Of a stretch of DNA of 64,000 nt, positions 56,823 to 64,000 are shown piece by piece (position 1 is the first letter of the stretch; the number at the start of each line of letters is the position of its first letter). Below the pieces are notes generated by a model. It saw nothing but the letters and a program-made list of their open reading frames with translations. It did no database searches and was not told the origin of the DNA. The position numbers and the translations under genes were made by a program. Source of the stretch: the human T2T-CHM13v2.0 reference genome, Homo sapiens; the NCBI RefSeq assembly GCF_009914755.1, contig NC_060928.1, one strand, 5' to 3'.

Positions 56823-59800
56823 ACTATTCTGATTCTTTCCCACCTCAGGATGTTTCTGACCCATGAGAAGCCCCAAATGCTGACTTGGATCTGTAGAAGC
56901 TGCCAGGCTCTTTCTGACCTTGTGTTGTTTAATCCAACCTAAATATGAAAGGAAAAGAAACAATACTGTGCTCACACACATTTAAATGTTTTAAACATTA
57001 TTCTCCCTTCCTTTCTCTCCAGTTTAGAAATGCTGCACATAAATTTAGTCTTGCTTCCTTGGCTGTATTTTTTTCCCCCTCCAGAACTGCATGGATTTTT
57101 CTGTAGGTGTTAGAAAATCTAGATTCCAATTAACTTTGCTGCTGATTACTTTGTAAATCTTGGTGAGTCAGGGCTTGTTCGTAAATGATGATGAACATTT
57201 TAAAGTTCTTTGAGCATGGCGATGTGTGAGCAGAATACAGATGAACTAATTAGAATGTATAGTCGCTGCTCTTGTGTGATAGGTTTTGAGAAGGCTGTAA
57301 ATAAACATGGGGCTTTCAAGTCTTGTTTATGGTTTTCAAGGGGGAAGTTTGTGTGCCTTATCTCATATGAAAAAACAGTTTACAAAATTTCTTTAAGTCT
57401 CTCTTGCTCTTCAGTTCATATTCTTGGGCACTAAAATGTGGACAAGTACCATGGGAAAGAAAAAGAAGTGGATATTCTGCAAAAATTCCACTGATGTTGA
57501 AGAACTAAATTCCTACTGGGAATTTGATCAAAAAGAGACTAGGGGAACAGCAGAATGGGAAAAGTAACCAACAATTCTATTCTTTATGCCTCCTAATTAC
57601 ACCGTGAAGAAATAGACGGATGTCACAAGAGCATGCACTTCAGTAAACATTTGCTTGAAAATGGTATTTAAGAATCCTCTGAAATCTCCCCAAAGGCCTC
57701 TAAAAAGCCTTCTCTCTAGAGAGAATTCTGATTATAAAACATTTTCTGCACGTCTCACCCTCTTTCATAGGCAGTATCATTATTGCTTGTGGGTTTGGGG
57801 CTTTATTTTGCTTCTGCCTCTGTTACGAGCCTCTGAGCAGTGTTCAGAAGTAGCCAAGGTACCCTTTTTCAGGTGTTCCTGGTGCCAGGGCCAGATATGG
57901 GCATGAAAGAGTCACAGTCCTGTCCTACTTCTTTTGAAAAAGAGGCCCATCAACCTCTCTCCACTTTGCATGTTCAGTTTCCAGTTACAACTTTCTGTCA
58001 TCCTTTTTGCTTCCTTTTAAAAATTTTATTTCACCATTAGTAGAGTGATTGGGGTGTACGAGTTTTCCTTACTTTCCCCTTTCTAGTGTGGTGAGGATGA
58101 GTCAGGCTTTCTGAGTGGTATTTTAACTTTCCCTTGTCTCCTGTAACATTTGAAGAAGTCTGAGAGAATGTCAATTAGCTAAGTTCCTATCCAGAAATAA
58201 AAGGAAAAGTGTCAATAAGTATTGGTAGTAGGATAACAATTTTGGTGCAATGCTGAGACAAAAAGGAAATTGTTTTTGACCTGTCATGAGAATTAGCATG
58301 GGTCCAGTCATTCTGTCCCAAAATAAATTAATTTAGACTTTAAAAATTGTGCTGATTAGATAGCAAAATCTGTAGCAAAATTCAAAATTGTTACCCCTAG
58401 TATCTGGATGGCTACATAGTCCACTGTGGCAATGATTATTGGTACGGAAATGTTTAAAATAGGAAAGTTCAGGCTGGAGTCTGGAAATAAGTATTGATCC
58501 CTGTATCTCCCTTCTGTAGGGCTAAGGATTTGACAGAATTATTAAATAGGTATTTGGGTATCTGCACCAAGGAGAAAAATATTGCTCTTTCTGGGTCATG
58601 GGGGAGGGGTGATTTTTGCTTTCCCTTTTGTCAGAACTGATAAATGTTTGATAGAAAAGATCTTTGGAATGACACAATCAGTGAGAGTACACTGGGCAGA
58701 ATGTTATGAAAGGATTTGATTCCCCAATTATAGCTTTTTAACTAGATTAAATCAAGCAGCATCAATTCTGAAGATGGGTCTATTTTCCTCTCCCAGTGGA
58801 ACACTGCAAAGGATTGTCCTGTAAACTTCAAACACTGTGCTTAAGTTGGGAAGATTCATCTTCTGTTATTAATAGTTGAAGGTTCATAGCATAAACCGTG
58901 GCCTATATAGACCTTGGCCCACATCTCTGTGCCATCACCGACCAGCTCTGTGATAGTGTACATGTCACAGAGCCTCTCCCATACTCAGTTTCTTTGATCT
59001 GTCAAACTTGATGGTAATATATTCAAGAGATTATGGATAAAAGGGGATATATATGGGGGCCTGCAGTGTATGCACACACAGTAAATGCTCAGTAAGTGCT
59101 ACCTGTTAATGTCTTTATCCTGACATCCATACTCTAGGTATGTTATTCTCTTCCAGGGATGTATCTGGAGCATAGATAATCAGAACCCCGCAAACAGCTT
59201 GTAAAATGAAGCAAGTATCTCTCAAAATTAAGTAAGCAGCCCAGATACTTGCAAATGGATTTTAGTATTTTTCCTACACAAAAGAGTAGAATTGAGTCAT
59301 TTATAGTGATAGATGCTAAAAAGTAGAGCAAATTTCTTTCCTCCATTGTCCTGAATTTGTAGTTTACTGAGAAATTCTGGGAAACCCAATATACCAATGG
59401 CATGAAAAGCAACTGTGCTTTGGAGAACAGCACCTCCCTCTACCCATCCTGCAAAAAATGAACAAGTATTGCTTGTGAATGCTTTGCATGACAATGCCCT
59501 CTCATTTTTCCCTACAAATCACCCGCCTTTTCCTCTTAGCCAGGTATTATCAGATTTTATCACTAAAGTCCTAATATATCTCTATTAGAGATGAAAACAG
59601 GAGACTATAACATTTTGCCTACTTCTTCATTCTTGGACCAGCTATCAGAAAATTTACCATCAGGGATCTCCTGTCAAATTTAAGTCAGGAGTGTTGGACT
59701 TCTTAGCAGTCCTCTTCTCTCCATCCTAGAGCAGGAGGATCCGTGGAACTGTGTTCCCCCTCTCTGTTTTACACTTCAGGAAATTATAGAACAGCATGGT

Positions 59801-60477
59801 TAAGTGACTTACCCTAGGCTCATCAGCCAGCAGATAATACAATACCTAATATTTACTTAGTGCTCATTATAGGCTCAAAGCTCTCCTTATGTACTTTGTA
59901 TGTTATTTCAATTACTTCTCATAACAAGTGTAAGAAGTATAGATAATATGATTGTTCCCATTTTACAGATGAGGAAAGGAGCATGGGAGGTGAGTAACTT
60001 GCCCAAGGTGGTAGACCTGGAATTAGAATTCAGATAGCTAAATCCAGAGGCTTCTCTCACCCATTTGCTCTGGCGGCAGAAGAGAATTCACATTGAGGCT
60101 ATTTCAGGTTTTCCTGGTTCCCGTGAAAGCATTATTGCTTGAGGTTATTATAATGAAAAATAAAAGACACACTTGCCTGCTATTTGGGAACATTTATTTA
60201 GTAAATACTTATTGAGTACATAGTATGGTTAAGGGTCTGTGCTTGGTTCTGTGGGGGAATACAAAAGTAGGCATGATTAATGCAGCATACATTAAACCCG
60301 ATATTTCTATACAGAAAAAAGTGGATATGATCCCTGTTTTGTCCTCAGTGAAATTAATGTATCCTATTCCAGAAACTTCCCAGGGACTTCCATAGAGTTA
60401 GCATGACTGATGTCAGTTCTCACTATAAGCCGTTGAGTCTAGGAAATCCAAATTACCTGAAGGATAATTTGTCCCTA

Positions 60478-60839
60478 CAATATGGTTTGGCTCTGTATCC
60501 CCACCCAAATCTCACCCTGAATTGTAATATCCCCACATGTCAAGGGCAGGATCAGGTGGAGATAATTGAATCGTGGAGGAGGTTTTCCCTGTGTTGTTCT
60601 CGTGATGGTGAGTGAGTTGTCACGAGATCTTATGGTTTTATAAGGGGCTTCCGCCTTTACTCAGCACTCATTTCTCTCTCCTACTGCCCTGTGAGGAGTT
60701 TGCCTTCTGCCATGATTGTAAGTTTCCTGAGGCCTCCCCAGACAGCCCTACAGAACTGTAAGTCAATTAAACCTCTTTCCTTTATAAATTACCCAGTCTC
60801 AGGCAGTTCTTTATAGCAGTGTGAGAACAGACTGATACA
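60478..60839 (+). mobile_element. THE1D/MST-like solo LTR
   Basis: atatggtttggctctgt...ccccacccaaatctcacc...caattaaacctctttcctttataaattacccagtctcagg...ctgataca; TSD cccta/cccaa. Confidence 0.92.
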
Positions 60840-61115
60840 CCCAATTAAAAACAAATAAGAGAACAAACTATGAATAAGCAGTGTCCTCAAATTAGACCTT
60901 GGTAGGTTGTGAAAGTGATGGGACACTGCTGTTTTGCCAGTGCCTAGAAGCTCGTGGGATATTGGAGTGGTTTTCTTTTCTAGTTGTCACTGTTCTGTTT
61001 TAAGCAAGGATCAGTCATCCAAGCCAAGATCTCCTTGCTTTATGCATAGTGATTCGAGGGCTCTCTGTCATGGGTTGGCATCTTAGGAAAGATAGTTAGA
61101 AGTTAGCTATTTCGG

Positions 61116-61116
<1 letters not shown>

Positions 61117-61159
<43 letters not shown>

Positions 61160-61250
61160 ACACACACAGACACACACACACACACATATATATGATAAAT
61201 TAAATAAATATATGATAAATATATATATGAGATAAATATATATATATATT
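61117..61250. repeat. Compound (CA)n followed by (TA)-rich tract
   Basis: Read directly from the sequence. Confidence 0.95.
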
Positions 61251-61929
61251 TCAAACTAGTGTTTGTTGTCTGTTTTCATTGTTCTGGATAGAGTCTTATG
61301 ATTTTTTAGAATTTCCTTTGTCTCCTGGTAAAAATAACACTTAGCTTTTGTATCTTTCTCTAAGAAGAATTCCAAGATGTTTAACAATGGTCCAGGTACT
61401 TCTTACCACAAGTATGCTTGGACTGGTGAACTATTAGGTCCCCAAATTTTAGGGGATCTGATGGTTGAGAGAGGGAAAGGTGGGCATTTTGACTGTCTCA
61501 GCCTTGGCACTGGAGTTGTGATGTATGTGGTTGGAGCTTAGGAATCTGTTGCTGCTCCACCTGTGCCACCCTGAGTCTGGACCAGGGTAGGTATCCCATC
61601 CCAATTTGTGCCCCACACTCTGACAGTGTCTAAGATGATGCTGATAATAACCACTACAAGCAACTAACATTTGGGGATACAGACTGTGTACTAGGCATGG
61701 CACTAAGCTCTTGGGAATTTCTTATTTAACCCTGACAACTTATACTGTAGATATTCTTATTCCTGTTTCACAGATAAGGAAACTTGTCCACGATCACAAA
61801 ATTAGTAAGACAGAGCCAGAGTTCAAACCAAAGTCTGTCTCATTCATCCCTGAACTCTTAACCACTAAAGTAGGCATCCCTAGTGGTGAAGACACTAAGG
61901 TAGGAGTCAGGCCATATGGGTGGTCATGT

Positions 61930-62197
61930 CACATTGAGCCCCTCCACATCATCTATGAGGACTGGAATCAACTTATTCCAGACTCTTGTTAATGTTGATA
62001 TTTTGAGCCTCCCCCAAGAATCACAAATGGTCTTAATGGCATCTAGCATGATGAATCCTTTCCAGAAGGTCTTCAATTTGCTTTGCCCAGATCCATCAGA
62101 GGAATCACTATCTATGGCAGCTATAGCCTTACAAATATATTTCTTAGATAATAGGACTTGAAAATTGAAATTACTCCTTGATCCATGGGCTGCAGAG
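61930..62197 (-). mobile_element. Tigger1 transposase internal fragment (frameshifted)
   Basis: Minus-strand peptides [21 protein letters not shown] and [31 protein letters not shown]...DSW...[14 protein letters not shown] match the Tigger1/TIGD1 DDE region. Confidence 0.9.
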
Positions 62198-62919
62198 CTT
62201 TGAGTGAGGTTTTGAATGTGGGAAAGGCTTTGAATGTGGGGAAGAGATAGGCCTGGGGGAGACATGATGAAATATCAGAATACTGAAGGACAGTTGGGTG
62301 AAAGAGAGCCTCAGCATGATGTAGGCAGTTTCCTGGAAGTATACTTAGAACCAATGAGGAGAAGTCACTAGGAGCATCAACATGTTGATACAATGTAAGA
62401 ATGAGTTTTCTATGATAACTATGTGAAGTGATATGCTAATCATTCTACACAAAATCATTATACAAAAATTGTATAAATTTAAAATGTAGAATGTGATGTT
62501 TTGATAAACATCTCATCATACACTTTATACAATTTTTATTTGTTAATTATACCCCATTAAAGCTGGGAATAAACTTAAAAAAAGAAGAGTTTTCTATCAC
62601 ATACAGAGTTATCCGAAGATGGGCTGAAATGCATCAGAAATTGACCACTTCCTTGTTACTGAAGTCTTTCAAGCCTAGACTGGGCAGCTTCATCATGAGG
62701 ACTGAATCATTGTCAATCCTATAATTCTTTGATCCCAATCAGCAGTGCTCTTATAAGTGCCCATCAGAATACTTGCAAAACCTACCTGCTCAAACTCCTC
62801 TATTCTTAAAGCTGTTCTTCCTTTCACCAAGTTCTGAGAACTAGCAAGGGCTCTGCCCAGTGGTGTGTCATAGCACAGTACAAAACTGATGGGTCTGCAT
62901 AAGAAGGCAGAATAAAGGA

Positions 62920-63150
62920 TGCTGAGGTTAAGGGGGGGACCTGCTTGGATTTGAACCCTGTCTCGTCACTTGCTGTGCATACATGCTGAAGTTACTCTAC
63001 CTCTCTGTGCCTTGGTTTCCTCATATATTATGCTGTACATGGGATAATATTAAAATGAAAGTGTTTTTAAGATTAATGAGATAATACATTTAAAGCCCTC
63101 AGAACAATGCCTGGCATGTTTGAGATATTCAGTAAGTGTTTTTGTTGGCT
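62920..63150 (+). mobile_element. MIR SINE
   Basis: acctctctgtgccttggtttcctcat...gattaatgagataatac...agaacaatgcctggca. Confidence 0.75.
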
Positions 63151-63643
63151 TTATAAGCACGTCAGCAAAACTTTTTTTAACTTTTGACTTGCTCTCAGCC
63201 AAATAAGTAAAGTATTTATGCAAAAATAATCATGACAAGGTCAATAGTAGCAGCAATAGTAGTAATATATGACTGAGGCAGAATTAAATTCCAGAGCCCA
63301 TACTTTTAACTACCTACTTAGGGTTAGGTACTGAGTTAGGTGCTATACTTGAATTATCTCCTTTATTCCCTAGGAAAACCTGGTAGGTAAGTGTTACTGC
63401 ATTTTATAGATGAGGAACCTGGGGCTTAGACAGATTATGTAGTTTGCCCAGTATTACCAATAAGTGCACAGAAAGGCATGATTAGAATCCAGGTCTTTTT
63501 GTGTTTATCTTTGGAAGTATTGCTACACTTGTTTGGTAGTAATAAATAGCTCTTTTTTTAGAAATCTTGTGCTTAAGTGGCATCAGAAAAGATGATAAGT
63601 TCATTTCACCTCCCAGGTAATGTCCTTAAAATTGGCAGCTATA

Positions 63644-63936
63644 GGCCGGGCGTGGTGGCTCATGCCTGTAATCCCAGCACTCTGGGATGCCAAGACAGGC
63701 GGACCACGAGGTCAGGAGTTCGAGACCAGCTTGGCCCACATAGTGAAACCCCGGCTCTACTAAAAATACAAAAATTAGCCAGGCATGGTGAAACCCACCT
63801 GTAATCCCAGCTATTTAGGAGCCTGAGGCAGGAGAATCTCTTGAACCCAGGAGACAGATGTTGTAGTGAGCCGAGATTGCACCACTGCACTTCAGCCTAG
63901 GCGACAGAGCGAGACTCCTTCTCAAAAAAGAAAAAA
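63644..63936 (+). mobile_element. AluSg-like element
   Basis: ggaccacgaggtcaggagttcgag (2-nt deletion diagnostic); TSD gcagctat on both sides. Confidence 0.95.
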
Positions 63937-64000
63937 GCAGCTATGACGGTTACTTAAATGGGCAGTAAAATGGCATTTGAGGAATAAATGGTCAATAGGA

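Overview
This is AT-rich primate (very probably human) intronic DNA, not a prokaryotic locus. The only supported protein-coding segment is a 70-nt + strand exon (20167-20236) encoding [23 protein letters not shown], part of the calponin-homology (CH) domain of LIMCH1 (paralog LMO7). The window therefore appears to lie in the long 5' introns of LIMCH1. A GC-richer segment ending in a consensus splice donor (about 33900-34113) looks like an internal alternative first exon that would give a CH-truncated isoform. The rest is interspersed repeats (Alu, L1, L2, MIR, L3, MaLR/ERVL LTRs, hAT, mariner and Tigger DNA elements) and microsatellites. Almost all ORFs in the supplied track are chance or repeat-derived. 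I found no convincing new multi-gene system. The most notable unexplained structures are a perfect 36-bp inverted repeat (46021-46113) beside an expanded MADE1 hairpin, an AluYd-type insertion, a trimeric Alu inside one TSD, an A25/T21 palindrome and a Z-DNA-prone tract. Repeat family names come from recalled consensus sequences, and boundaries of old repeats are approximate.
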